Shown here: positions 1 through 9,076 of the stretch, one piece after another
Layout: the number at the start of each line of letters is the position of its first letter
How positions within the stretch are numbered: position 1 is the stretch's first letter
Source of the DNA: Candidatus Micrarchaeota archaeon
Lineage (GTDB): Archaea > Micrarchaeota > Micrarchaeia > Anstonellales > Bilamarchaeaceae
Assembly: GCA_043827025.1 (NCBI GenBank)
Contig: JBDRPL010000009.1
Location: 17,604-81,603, forward strand
DNA: 64,000 bases
Reading direction: 5' to 3'
Notes under the pieces: model-generated
The model's database searches: none
Told to the model about the DNA's origin: nothing
Seen by the model: only the letters and a program-made list of their open reading frames with translations
Translations under genes and position numbers: made by a program

Positions 1-51
1 AATGTATAAAAATATCATCTGTTTATCAACATTGAATTTTTTGGTGGTTTT

Positions 52-330
52 ATGGTAGAACTGACGTATAAAGAAGACAATTACAAATCAGGCAGCGGTA
101 AGGTCCTTTTGCAGACTTTGTATATAAAAAACAAAGGCAAGGTCATATGTGAATTATCTGGAAGAACAATTGGTGGCCTGCAGCAAATGAAGAAGTCTGA
201 TCCTAAGAATTATGAATCTACAATCAAGAGATATCTTGGGGAAGTCGTTAGGGGCTTGCCAAAAGAGGAAGCGGATGCAGTTATGAAGGAAGTTACTGAA
301 AAGCTGAATTCATATAAGGATCTAATGTAA
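52..330 (+). CDS. Hypothetical protein (92 aa)
   Basis: ORF with GGTGG SD-like element upstream; no recognised motif. Confidence 0.7.
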   Translation: MVELTYKEDNYKSGSGKVLLQTLYIKNKGKVICELSGRTIGGLQQMKKSDPKNYESTIKRYLGEVVRGLPKEEADAVMKEVTEKLNSYKDLM

Positions 331-390
331 GGATTCTAGTTATGCGAATGCTCTTGGCATAGCAAAAAAATTAAAGGAGATGGTGAAACT

Positions 391-549
391 ATGGGATGTG
401 CAAAATGTGGTGCAAGCTCTATAAAGTCGACAGCTACGTGTTCTAAATGCAATGCAGGTTTTGGCCTTTGCCAGAATTGCATAAACAGTTGGAAAACATA
501 TGCCTGTCCTAGTTGCAAGACAACCTTTGCAAGCTGGAAAGGCATATAA
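391..549 (+). CDS. Small Zn-finger/Zn-ribbon protein with four CxxC motifs (52 aa)
   Basis: Read directly: MGCAKCGASSIKSTATCSKCNAGFGLCQNCINSWKTYACPSCKTTFASWKGI*; GGTGA SD 5 nt upstream; shorter than any ORF in the supplied track. Confidence 0.8.
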   Translation: MGCAKCGASSIKSTATCSKCNAGFGLCQNCINSWKTYACPSCKTTFASWKGI

Positions 550-628
550 CCTTTTCTTTTTTTATCGAAACACAATTGTTTTAAATTCTTATTTCTTTAT
601 CTTATGCTATACTTTTAGGTTGATTTCT

Positions 629-826
629 ATGGGAATAAAAATAAATCACGATGGTTGTATCCTATGTGTTGGATGTTCCTCAGTATGTCCTGCAGGGGCA
701 ATTGAAGTCGTAGGTACAAGGATGAAGGTTGACAACAGCAAGTGTATAAATTGTTCAATATGTGTAAAGGGCTGTCCTGCAAATGTTATCCATATGGATA
801 AGGGACTCAAGACTTCTGAGGATTAG
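629..826 (+). CDS. 2x[4Fe-4S] ferredoxin
   Basis: Two CxxCxxCxxxCP motifs (CILCVGCSSVCP, CINCSICVKGCP); start moved to ATG629 after AGGT. Confidence 0.92.
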   Translation: MGIKINHDGCILCVGCSSVCPAGAIEVVGTRMKVDNSKCINCSICVKGCPANVIHMDKGLKTSED

Positions 827-841
827 TCCCTATTTATCAAG

Positions 842-2068
842 GTGAAATTTATGGATTATGATCATGACATGATTATCATTGGCGGCGGGCCATCTGGCTC
901 AACATTGGCAAGGATTGCAGCAGGTGCAGGCCTTGATGTGTTAGTGGTGGACAAGAGGAAGCAGATTGGAGTTCCAGTCAGATGTGGTGAGGGTCTTGGG
1001 GAGCGAGAAGTGGTGGCAGAAGGCCTTGATCTTCCGAAGCAATGTATTTCAACAGACATTCACGGTGCAAAAGTAGTTGCGCCTAATGGCAAGTCTATAG
1101 TGTGGAAAGATGAACAGACAACTGGCTGGGTTCTTGAGAGAAAGGTGTTTGACCAATGGCTTTCAGAACTGGCAGTCAAAAAGGGAGCACAGTTTTTGAC
1201 TTACACTCGAGCATCCGACATTCTAAAGGATGAGAAAGGAAAGCCATGCGGTGCAGTTTTGTCCAATGGCGGACGCGAACCTTACGAAGTAAGGGCACCA
1301 TTGATTGTTTCTGCTGAAGGAATGGAAGCAATGATGGCAAGGAAGATGGGCTTCAAAACAGTTCATCAGTTGTATGACGTTGACACTTGTTATCAGTATG
1401 AGATGCAGGAATATGATCATGAGAATTTGATTGAATTATATTTTGGTAACCAAATCGCACCAAGAGGCTATGTCTGGATTTTTCCAAAGGCAAACAAGAA
1501 AGCTAATGTTGGAATCGGAGTTGGTGGCCTTGTCACAAACGGAGATAAGCTTGGCGGAGTAAAAGGCGCAGCACCAAAGCCTTTGCTTGATGACTTTATT
1601 GAAAAGAATGATCAATTGAAGAAGGCAAGCAGACTTTGTAATTTTGGAGGGGTAATCTCAGTTGGTGCACCGTTGAGCGAGTTCGTTAGTGATAATTGCA
1701 TGGCAATTGGAACAGCAGCAAAACAAGTCGATCCGATCCATGGAGGTGGAATCGCACTTGCAATGGAATCTGGGGTATTAGCTGCTGACACAATATTGAA
1801 AGCGTTTGAGAAGAAAGATTTTTCTAAGAATGCGCTTATGCCTTACCAGAACAACTGGAATTCAGGTCCAGGAAAAAAATGCGCCAAACGTCTATTGCTG
1901 AGAAAGGTAATGGAAAAGGTTAGTGATGATGATCTGAACTACATCTTCAACACAATTACGCCTAAAGACTTGGATGATACAATGGTGGGAAAGTTCGCAG
2001 GCCCGGTTGCAAAGGTCTTGGCAGGAAGACCAGGATTGTTGAAGATATTGGGTGCGTTGATAAGCTGA
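842..2068 (+). CDS. Geranylgeranyl reductase family (digeranylgeranylglycerophospholipid reductase)
   Basis: GGGPSG FAD motif, PVRCGEG, YVWIFP, PIHGGGI; ferredoxin immediately upstream. True start may be ATG851. Confidence 0.88.
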   Translation: MKFMDYDHDMIIIGGGPSGSTLARIAAGAGLDVLVVDKRKQIGVPVRCGEGLGEREVVAEGLDLPKQCISTDIHGAKVVAPNGKSIVWKDEQTTGWVLERKVFDQWLSELAVKKGAQFLTYTRASDILKDEKGKPCGAVLSNGGREPYEVRAPLIVSAEGMEAMMARKMGFKTVHQLYDVDTCYQYEMQEYDHENLIELYFGNQIAPRGYVWIFPKANKKANVGIGVGGLVTNGDKLGGVKGAAPKPLLDDFIEKNDQLKKASRLCNFGGVISVGAPLSEFVSDNCMAIGTAAKQVDPIHGGGIALAMESGVLAADTILKAFEKKDFSKNALMPYQNNWNSGPGKKCAKRLLLRKVMEKVSDDDLNYIFNTITPKDLDDTMVGKFAGPVAKVLAGRPGLLKILGALIS

Positions 2069-2400
2069 TTGGATTACTGGAAATTTCTCCTATCCTATAA
2101 TTTCAGTTATCCCAAGCCCGTCATTGCCATGTTTCAAATAGGCGTCTCCAAGCTCACCAACAATTGAACTTAGGCGATTATGGCCAAATATATCAAGCGC
2201 AATTTCGAATACCTGCGTTCCAATTTCTCTTTGTTTGCCTATTGCATAAAAGGCCAAAGCCATTTGCATATCTTTTCCACGAACTCCAAGTCCTTTTCCT
2301 TCAAGCCGTTTGTATGTCCATCTGAAAAGTATACTAAGTTCTGCAGGAGTCATTCGTCGGCGTAGCGCAGTAAGTTCTTCTGAAGCATTTTGAATCTCAG

Positions 2401-3081
2401 CCCAAGGGGGGCACCCCCTTAGTCCGAGACCGCCCAAACCCCCCGCAGGGCTGAATTCCATCCGGTCTACGACCGGTGGTCACCTGAGAAATGCCAAATT
2501 ACTTATTCCTAAATAGAAAAAATCACACCAGTAGCCGGCGTGCCGCAGAGCGGCACACGGACCTTCACGAAAGGGGGCTACTGGATGTGAACATATGCAA
2601 TATGTTAGCTATAGCTCTAGAAGAGGAAGACACCTGCTGCACATTTGCTTTAAGGTAAAGTATTGCCACAATATATTTGACGACAAGAACATTCAAAAAC
2701 GTTGTGAGGGCATTTTCAGGCAAGTGGAATCTCAAGAGAATAAATTTACCATTGAAGAACGGGGGTTTGACAGAAATCATGTTCATTTTCTGGTTGAGCT
2801 GAGTCCAGATGCAAGTGAATCTTATTTTGCAAAGAAATTGAAAGGGACCTCTGCAAAATTTCTGCTTAGAGAATTTCCCTATCTGAAAAAGCAGTATTTC
2901 TGGGGTAGTGGACTATGGAATCCAGGTTATTTTTGTGATTCTGTTGGAGACTCTACCTATGACAGGGCAAAAGACTATATAAAAAATCAAGGTCTTCCTA
3001 GAGGCCAAACAACAATAAGCGGATTCTTCAATTAGGCGCTCAGGGATAGAAAACCACCAGTCTCTGACTGGTGGTCCTGAG
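2401..3081 (+). mobile_element. IS200-type element (tnpA only, no tnpB)
   Basis: Y1 transposase flanked by two related subterminal hairpins: CCAtCCGGTC-tac-GACCGGTGG (2458-2479) and ACCACCAGTC-tct-GACTGGTGGT (3053-3075). Exact ends inferred. Confidence 0.8.
2595..3035 (+). CDS. tnpA: IS200/IS605-family Y1 (HUH) transposase
   Basis: HICFKVKY, NHVHFLV (HUH), KKLKG, LWNPGYF, YIKNQ catalytic Tyr helix. Confidence 0.95.
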   Translation: MQYVSYSSRRGRHLLHICFKVKYCHNIFDDKNIQKRCEGIFRQVESQENKFTIEERGFDRNHVHFLVELSPDASESYFAKKLKGTSAKFLLREFPYLKKQYFWGSGLWNPGYFCDSVGDSTYDRAKDYIKNQGLPRGQTTISGFFN

Positions 3082-3273
3082 CGCTAGTTAAGTATTTATT
3101 TTTCGGTTCGGATTTCGGTTTGGGAAGTGATATTTTTTCAGTAGGTATCAGTGTCCTTCCAATTACCTTTGTTTTTTGCATACTATTAAGGTGTTAAAAA
3201 CTATTTAAAAATGTACCTTATGATTCCAAGACTTCTAAACAAGCTTTTTTAATCTGCCTTTCGATGTATCAAC

Positions 3274-4329
3274 ATGAAAGATGCTCCAGCTAAATCGTCA
3301 AGGGAAAGGCAGTTTAATATGATAACTGCAGCGATCCTTGTTTTGTTCCTGCTTTTTGTAGTGGGCTCGGCCATATGGGGTTATCTTGACTTCCTTTTCC
3401 TTGCACTTTTCCTTTTCGTGCTTCTCAATCCTGTTTATAAATTCCTAAGAAGCAAGGGGCTTGGTAAGACCACTTCAGGTTTAGGCGCAATGTTAATAGG
3501 TTTCCTTGTCGTAGGCATTCCAGTTCTCATAGTTTCTGATCTGCTGGTGAAACAGACCCTGGGCATCATGGCAGAGGCCAAGCTATTTGATCAGAATACT
3601 CTTTCCCAAGGAGTTTCAGCATTGAATAACAACCTTAATTCATTAGATGGTATGTTCCCAGAATTGAACCTAAAATCCATAATCATAGATGGAGTTGGCA
3701 AAGCAGTCTCTGGTTTTGTAAATTTCATGACTTCACTTGTCATAAATTCCATTAAAAACATAGGTACTTTTGCTTTAGGTGCGCTGGTCACTGTTTTCAC
3801 ATTATTCTATCTATTGGTTGAGCAGGATATTTTTGCAAAGAACCTGAAAGAGTTATTTCCATTCAACCAGAAAAACACTAACATTTTATTCAATGAATTC
3901 AAGAAAATATTGTATTCCGCATTATTATGTACTGGTTTGGTTGCAGTGCTTCAGGCAGTTCCACTTACCCTGGTTTTCATGTATTACGGAGTCCAAGGCT
4001 CTGTTTTCTGGGGATTCGCTGCATTGGTATTGGCATGCGTGCCTTTTGTAGGCATACCCTTTGTTTGGATACCTATTGCCGCAGCGGAGGCCCTGACTGG
4101 AAACCCTGGCGCAGCAATCGGAATTACAATAGCAGGTGTATTGCTTGCACTCTTGGAATACATAAGGCCTGCGCTTCAGAAAAAAGTAGGCAAGATCCAT
4201 CCGCTGATAACAATAATTGGTTTGATAATCGGCCTTGCCAATTTCGGGATTCTCGGTCTTCTTATGGGTCCGATTTTGCTGAGCTTTTCGCTCCTGACCA
4301 TAAAGATGTTCAAAGAGGAATATGTTTAA
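3274..4329 (+). CDS. AI-2E family membrane transporter
   Basis: Multi-TM; PFVG..VWIP and IHPL...G...FG..GL.MGP motifs. Confidence 0.85.
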   Translation: MKDAPAKSSRERQFNMITAAILVLFLLFVVGSAIWGYLDFLFLALFLFVLLNPVYKFLRSKGLGKTTSGLGAMLIGFLVVGIPVLIVSDLLVKQTLGIMAEAKLFDQNTLSQGVSALNNNLNSLDGMFPELNLKSIIIDGVGKAVSGFVNFMTSLVINSIKNIGTFALGALVTVFTLFYLLVEQDIFAKNLKELFPFNQKNTNILFNEFKKILYSALLCTGLVAVLQAVPLTLVFMYYGVQGSVFWGFAALVLACVPFVGIPFVWIPIAAAEALTGNPGAAIGITIAGVLLALLEYIRPALQKKVGKIHPLITIIGLIIGLANFGILGLLMGPILLSFSLLTIKMFKEEYV

Positions 4330-4342
4330 CCTTTAATTATGC

Positions 4343-4987
4343 TCATGCCAAAATCCCTGATCGGATGATGAAATAGATTCCAAACCCGAAGAATATCAGG
4401 CATACGAGGAGTTTTCCGTATTTTTTAACTGCTCTGTTTAGTCTGTCAAGGAATGGCTTTGATTTTTCAGGCATGAATGTAAATGCGACAAGCGGAAGAA
4501 GCGCTGGCATTATGAACAACATGTCTGCAAATGCAATAAGAACAAGTTTGTAAATGTTAGAAATGTCTGCAGCTGCAATTTCCTTGGCTGCTGTGAAATT
4601 AAGAAAAACAGCATCTATATTCGTTCCATTGACCATTACTCCAAGCAGGAAAAGCTTTAGCATTGCCGATTTTGATTCGCCTTTGACATTAACGTTGCCT
4701 TCCTTTGAAAATAGGCTGTAAAAACCGAAGACCATCATCAGCGAACCTATCAAAAAGTCTGCCATTTGCGGATTCTGGAATTGGATCACTCCGTAGTTTC
4801 CTGAGCTGACAACAAAGCCTGCCAGCGCAAGAAGTATTGCAATGACTAATCCGCCAAGAATGAATGCAATTATATTCGCTTTTTTTTCGGGGTTGCGCGC
4901 GAGCAGATATATGCTTATTGCAAGTATGCCTGGCGAAGCCATTGATGCAATTCCCAGCAAAAGGACGCTTATGAATAATTCAAGCAT
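4343..4987 (-). CDS. GAP/LysE-superfamily membrane protein
   Basis: ~6 TM helices, ASPG motif at end of TM1. Confidence 0.6.
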   Translation of the reverse strand: MLELFISVLLLGIASMASPGILAISIYLLARNPEKKANIIAFILGGLVIAILLALAGFVVSSGNYGVIQFQNPQMADFLIGSLMMVFGFYSLFSKEGNVNVKGESKSAMLKLFLLGVMVNGTNIDAVFLNFTAAKEIAAADISNIYKLVLIAFADMLFIMPALLPLVAFTFMPEKSKPFLDRLNRAVKKYGKLLVCLIFFGFGIYFIIRSGILA

Positions 4988-4989
4988 AG

Positions 4990-5469
4990 TTACTTCTTCG
5001 CCTTTCCTTTGCCTTTCAGTAAGGTCTTCTCATAGGATTGAATGAGTTTTTCGATTGTCTTTGATTCTTCTTTCAAAGCCCTTCCGACTCCTTCCAACAT
5101 CTCTGGATTAATTTTCTGTGGATCCATTCCGGCAAGCGGTGATTGTTTTCCTGCAGCTGCTGCGCCTGGATCTGTAACTTCTTGTTTCACAGCCATCGCT
5201 GCCCCGAGAATCTTCATGAATGAGCTCATTACCTGCTGTTTCAATGGCTCAGGCAATGCATTAAGCGCACCCTGGCCATTAGCCTCTTTGTCAGAAGCTT
5301 CAGCTATGAACTTTGCAAATTCCTTAGGCCTTTTCTTCTGTATTTTTGCTATGTCCAAGATCATTTCGCCTATGTCTTCGACAATAGCATTCAGGTCGTT
5401 CAGTATGACGATTGATATGGGTTCCGTATCTTCCAAATAATCTTCATTTGATCTTTTTGCCCTTGGCAT
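4990..5469 (-). CDS. Hypothetical helical protein
   Basis: 159-aa ORF abutting the downstream membrane protein gene; GGTGG upstream. Confidence 0.65.
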   Translation of the reverse strand: MPRAKRSNEDYLEDTEPISIVILNDLNAIVEDIGEMILDIAKIQKKRPKEFAKFIAEASDKEANGQGALNALPEPLKQQVMSSFMKILGAAMAVKQEVTDPGAAAAGKQSPLAGMDPQKINPEMLEGVGRALKEESKTIEKLIQSYEKTLLKGKGKAKK

Positions 5470-5538
5470 ATTACCACCGGAAGTATTGCTTCGCTAAGAT
5501 TTATATTGTTTCTTCACCATATTCTTGCAGGTGTTTTC

Positions 5539-7140
5539 GTGTTTTCAGAAGAAGAAAAAAAGATACTAGAGCAATTCATGACCAACATGGACAAATCCAT
5601 TTTTGTATTGAAGAATCTGCCTGAAGTAGTTAAGGGCGCCCTATTTGCAAGATATTCAAGAAGTTCAAAATCCCTTCGCGAAGTCCTTCTTCGTGAATTC
5701 ATCCAGATGCCTGAATCTGGATTTAAGGATATTGTTAATTATTCAAAGGGTTCAGGCCATGATGAAGTGGTTGCAATAAAGAAGGCAGAGGAGTTCTATG
5801 ATCGCGTTTTAGTTGGCTATGGTGATGATTCTGTTGCTGAATTGGCTGGAGTTCACATCGCAATAGAAGACGTCTCAAATATTGCAGTGAAATTCATCCA
5901 GGATGCCAGGATTGGCATCTGTCCGCTTGAGAAATCAACAAGATATGTTTATTTTGATGAAAAAGATAAGAATGGAAAATGGCTCTATGTTGAGGAACCC
6001 GGGATAATGCAATCTGAATTCGCAGACGACTATATAATGACTTGTAATCGCCTTTTCGAAACCTATTCCAAACTCAAACCTCAGGTTTCCAAATATGTGG
6101 AAGAAAAGTATCCGCAGGGAGAAGAATCTGAACGTGCATATAAGAGCACTATACGGGCAAAGACCTGCGACCTGTTGCGAGGATTGCTTCCTGCTTCAAC
6201 AAAGACCAACATGGGCGCTTTTGGAAATGGAAGGGCATTTGAATATCTTCTGACAAGAATGTATGCCTCTGATTTGGAGGAAGTTAGAAGTGCAGCATCT
6301 TCTATTTATGAAGAGCTTAGGAAAGTTATGCCTTCTTTTGTGAAACGTTCTGGCAGTGAGCAGGGCAAAGTCATTCAGGAATATTGGAAAGGCATAAGGC
6401 AGAAGATGGTTGATGAAGGCACAGGTTTCCAATTGCCCTCAACAGCAAACCTGCCTGTTAAATTGGTTGATTATGACAAAAATGCATTGAACAAGTTGGT
6501 TGCGTTTGCATTATTTGAATATACGCGATTGCCTGTTGAATCGATTTTGCACGAGGTTTCATCAATGCCTGACGATTACAAACTAAAAATATTTTCGATG
6601 TATGTCGGTGACAGGAAGAATCGGAGGACAAAGCCAGGAAGGGCATTTGAAAATGTCTATTATACATTTGACATCTGCGCGAATTTCGGCTGCTTTAGGG
6701 ACATACATCGTCACCGCATTCTGACTCAACAGCGCCAGTTTCTTACAACTGCGCATGGCTACACAACTCCGAAAGAATTGAGTGAGGGTGGTTTTGAGCC
6801 GGAGTTTAAGGATGCGATGAAACTGGCTGATGAAACTTACAAGAAAATCGTTGTGAAGATGCCAGAGGAAGCGCAGTATATTGTTCCATTTGCCTACAAT
6901 CTCAGATGGTACATGACGCTTAATCTGAGGGAAGCGTATCATTTCTGTGAATTGCGTTCAACACCTCAAGGGCATGTTGATTATCGAAGAGTAGCGCAAC
7001 AGATGTATCAGGAAATAAAGAAAGTGCATCCATTTGTTGAAATGCAGGTTGACATGAAGGAATATGGATTAGAGCGCCTAGAGGCTGAGAAATGGATAGA
7101 CAAAAGATTGGAAGAAGTAAAGAAAAAATACAGCAACTAG
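5539..7140 (+). CDS. thyX: FAD-dependent thymidylate synthase (long, two-domain ThyX type)
   Basis: YGDDSVAE, EKSTRYV, RDIHRHR, NLRE..HF..LR motifs; GTG5539 follows AGGTG. Confidence 0.85.
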   Translation: MFSEEEKKILEQFMTNMDKSIFVLKNLPEVVKGALFARYSRSSKSLREVLLREFIQMPESGFKDIVNYSKGSGHDEVVAIKKAEEFYDRVLVGYGDDSVAELAGVHIAIEDVSNIAVKFIQDARIGICPLEKSTRYVYFDEKDKNGKWLYVEEPGIMQSEFADDYIMTCNRLFETYSKLKPQVSKYVEEKYPQGEESERAYKSTIRAKTCDLLRGLLPASTKTNMGAFGNGRAFEYLLTRMYASDLEEVRSAASSIYEELRKVMPSFVKRSGSEQGKVIQEYWKGIRQKMVDEGTGFQLPSTANLPVKLVDYDKNALNKLVAFALFEYTRLPVESILHEVSSMPDDYKLKIFSMYVGDRKNRRTKPGRAFENVYYTFDICANFGCFRDIHRHRILTQQRQFLTTAHGYTTPKELSEGGFEPEFKDAMKLADETYKKIVVKMPEEAQYIVPFAYNLRWYMTLNLREAYHFCELRSTPQGHVDYRRVAQQMYQEIKKVHPFVEMQVDMKEYGLERLEAEKWIDKRLEEVKKKYSN

Positions 7141-7781
7141 GAACCACTATTCTTGAAAGACTGCATTTCCTCAGCCAAATGTATTAATTCCTTTGCCCTG
7201 TTTCCAACTTCACCCTTTACCCTTGCTATTTCTCCAACTATTCCTGCCTCTCCATTAAGTGCAAGTACTTCAACAGCAGCCAATTGTAGCGGGACAGTCA
7301 ATTTGTCGCGTTCCATTTCTCCAAGTGCTATGCATTTGAGGACTTGACCCTCTTTTCTTTGGTTATTTTCACGTATCAGTCTTTTTGTCATTAGGCCTAC
7401 CATAACTCTGTGGTAAGCGTCTTTTGCATCACTATGAAGGGGTTCATTTCCAAAGGACGAATCTGCAATCTGTCTTAACAAATGGTGCGCTTCAAGCCTT
7501 TCGAGTTTACTTAATGCATTTGAATTTCCTCTTCCAGCTTCCACGAAAAGCCGTGACCTGTTTTGGCCATCGGTTTCTCTGGAGGGTTCTTTTGCCATTG
7601 AAGCAATTTTCCTTAGGCGTGCAAGAGTAGTACTCCCCCCTATTACTCGGCATTCAGGTTCAGTAAGCGGAATAGTTGCAACAAGCCCTAATCTTGTGCT
7701 TTGCGGTCCTCCGCTTCCATCTCTGCAGGACAGGAATCTTCCACCTGCTCCATGTGTTCCTTTTTGTGCGAAACTGGCCAT
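7137..7781 (-). CDS. Orphan hypothetical protein
   Basis: 214-aa ORF, leaderless (TTTAAATA ~25 nt upstream), convergent with thyX. Confidence 0.6.
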   Translation of the reverse strand: MASFAQKGTHGAGGRFLSCRDGSGGPQSTRLGLVATIPLTEPECRVIGGSTTLARLRKIASMAKEPSRETDGQNRSRLFVEAGRGNSNALSKLERLEAHHLLRQIADSSFGNEPLHSDAKDAYHRVMVGLMTKRLIRENNQRKEGQVLKCIALGEMERDKLTVPLQLAAVEVLALNGEAGIVGEIARVKGEVGNRAKELIHLAEEMQSFKNSGS

Positions 7782-7845
7782 TCCATATTTACAAATTTAT
7801 TTCTATTTAAACATTTGTCACAGAATTATTCCAAAAAGAATATAC

Positions 7846-9060
7846 TCAGAACATTTCCCCAAGTAAATAAATGCTTCCGCAAACCAGTATCATATCTTTT
7901 TTCTTAGCTTTCTTCTTTGCCTCTTTCAATGCCTTTTTGCAGTCTTCGATTGCAATTGCCTCAGTGTAGTTCTTTGCCAACTTCAAGACATTTTTCACCC
8001 TTTCACATCTTTCTGTTTTTATCTGCGTACAGATGAACAAGTCTGCCTGTGGAGCAAGAAGATGCACCATCTCCTGCCAATTCTTGTCTTTCATCACTCC
8101 GAAAACAATGATGAGTTTGTCATAGTTGAATATATGTAAATTGCCAATCAGTTCTCCGATTCCATTCGGGTTGTGCGCGCCATCTATCACAAGAAGCGGG
8201 TTCTTTCCGATTATCTCGAGCCGTCCGGAGTTCTTGGTTGCGAGAAGCCCTTTTCTTATAGCCTCTTCACTTACTCCCAATTCTTCAGCAGCTATTACTG
8301 CAAGCGATGCATTCTTTGTCTGGTGCCTGCCAAGTAATTTAATTTCAAGATTGTCATGGAATTCATGACCAACGAATTCAAATAGCCCATGCTTGTTGTT
8401 GTACTCCTTGGTTTTGATATAGAAATCTTCATTGAAAATCTTCAATGGAATTCCAAGCTTTGTCGCATTCTCCTTTATGACATCCAAACCTCTTCCTTTT
8501 GTACCAGTTATGCATAGGCCCTTCTTCATTATGCCTGTTTTTTCGTAAGCTATTTCGTCTATTGTTTTACCAAGCCTGTTTGTATGGTCTAATTCTATAT
8601 TAGTAATTATAGAAATGGCTTCCTGCGCTACATTCGTTGCATCCTGCCTTCCGCCTAATCCTATCTCCATGACTGCAAAGTCGCATTTTTCATCTGAAAA
8701 ATATTTATACGCAACTGCAGTCAATGCTTCGAATAGGGTTATGTTGTTCTTGTTTTTCTTGGCATATGCGAGTACTTCGCTCTCGTATTTGCTAAATGTT
8801 TTGTCACTAATTTCTTTTCCATTGATACGGATGCGTTCGTTGTACTTTTTAAGATGCGGTGAAAAATAGCTGCCAACCTTATAGCCCTCTTCCTTCAAGA
8901 TGGAAGCAAGATAGGCTGTAACAGAGCCTTTGCCATTGGTTCCTGTGATAAGAATTACCTTGTAATCCTCTTGCGGGTTTCCCCAAAGCTTGAGAAGTTT
9001 CTCTATCCTGGACAAACCCAGTTTCATATCCTGCTTCAATGCTTTCTCGAGTTTTTTCAT
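7846..9060 (-). CDS. folC: Folylpolyglutamate synthase / dihydrofolate synthase
   Basis: ITGTNGKGS, SPHL, EIGLGGRQDATN, DGAHNP, GSIYL motifs. Confidence 0.95.
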   Translation of the reverse strand: MKKLEKALKQDMKLGLSRIEKLLKLWGNPQEDYKVILITGTNGKGSVTAYLASILKEEGYKVGSYFSPHLKKYNERIRINGKEISDKTFSKYESEVLAYAKKNKNNITLFEALTAVAYKYFSDEKCDFAVMEIGLGGRQDATNVAQEAISIITNIELDHTNRLGKTIDEIAYEKTGIMKKGLCITGTKGRGLDVIKENATKLGIPLKIFNEDFYIKTKEYNNKHGLFEFVGHEFHDNLEIKLLGRHQTKNASLAVIAAEELGVSEEAIRKGLLATKNSGRLEIIGKNPLLVIDGAHNPNGIGELIGNLHIFNYDKLIIVFGVMKDKNWQEMVHLLAPQADLFICTQIKTERCERVKNVLKLAKNYTEAIAIEDCKKALKEAKKKAKKKDMILVCGSIYLLGEMF

Positions 9061-9076
9061 TCAAACACATTTCAGT

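Larger units (their letters stand above)
2090..3181 (-). pseudogene. Hypothetical gene (~136 aa) interrupted by the IS200 element
   Basis: 5' part 3181..3083 (MQKTKVIGRT...KNKYLTS, TATA-like TTTTTAAATA ~25 nt upstream) is in frame with 2401..2090 (AEIQNASEEL...) once 681 nt are removed. Confidence 0.6.
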
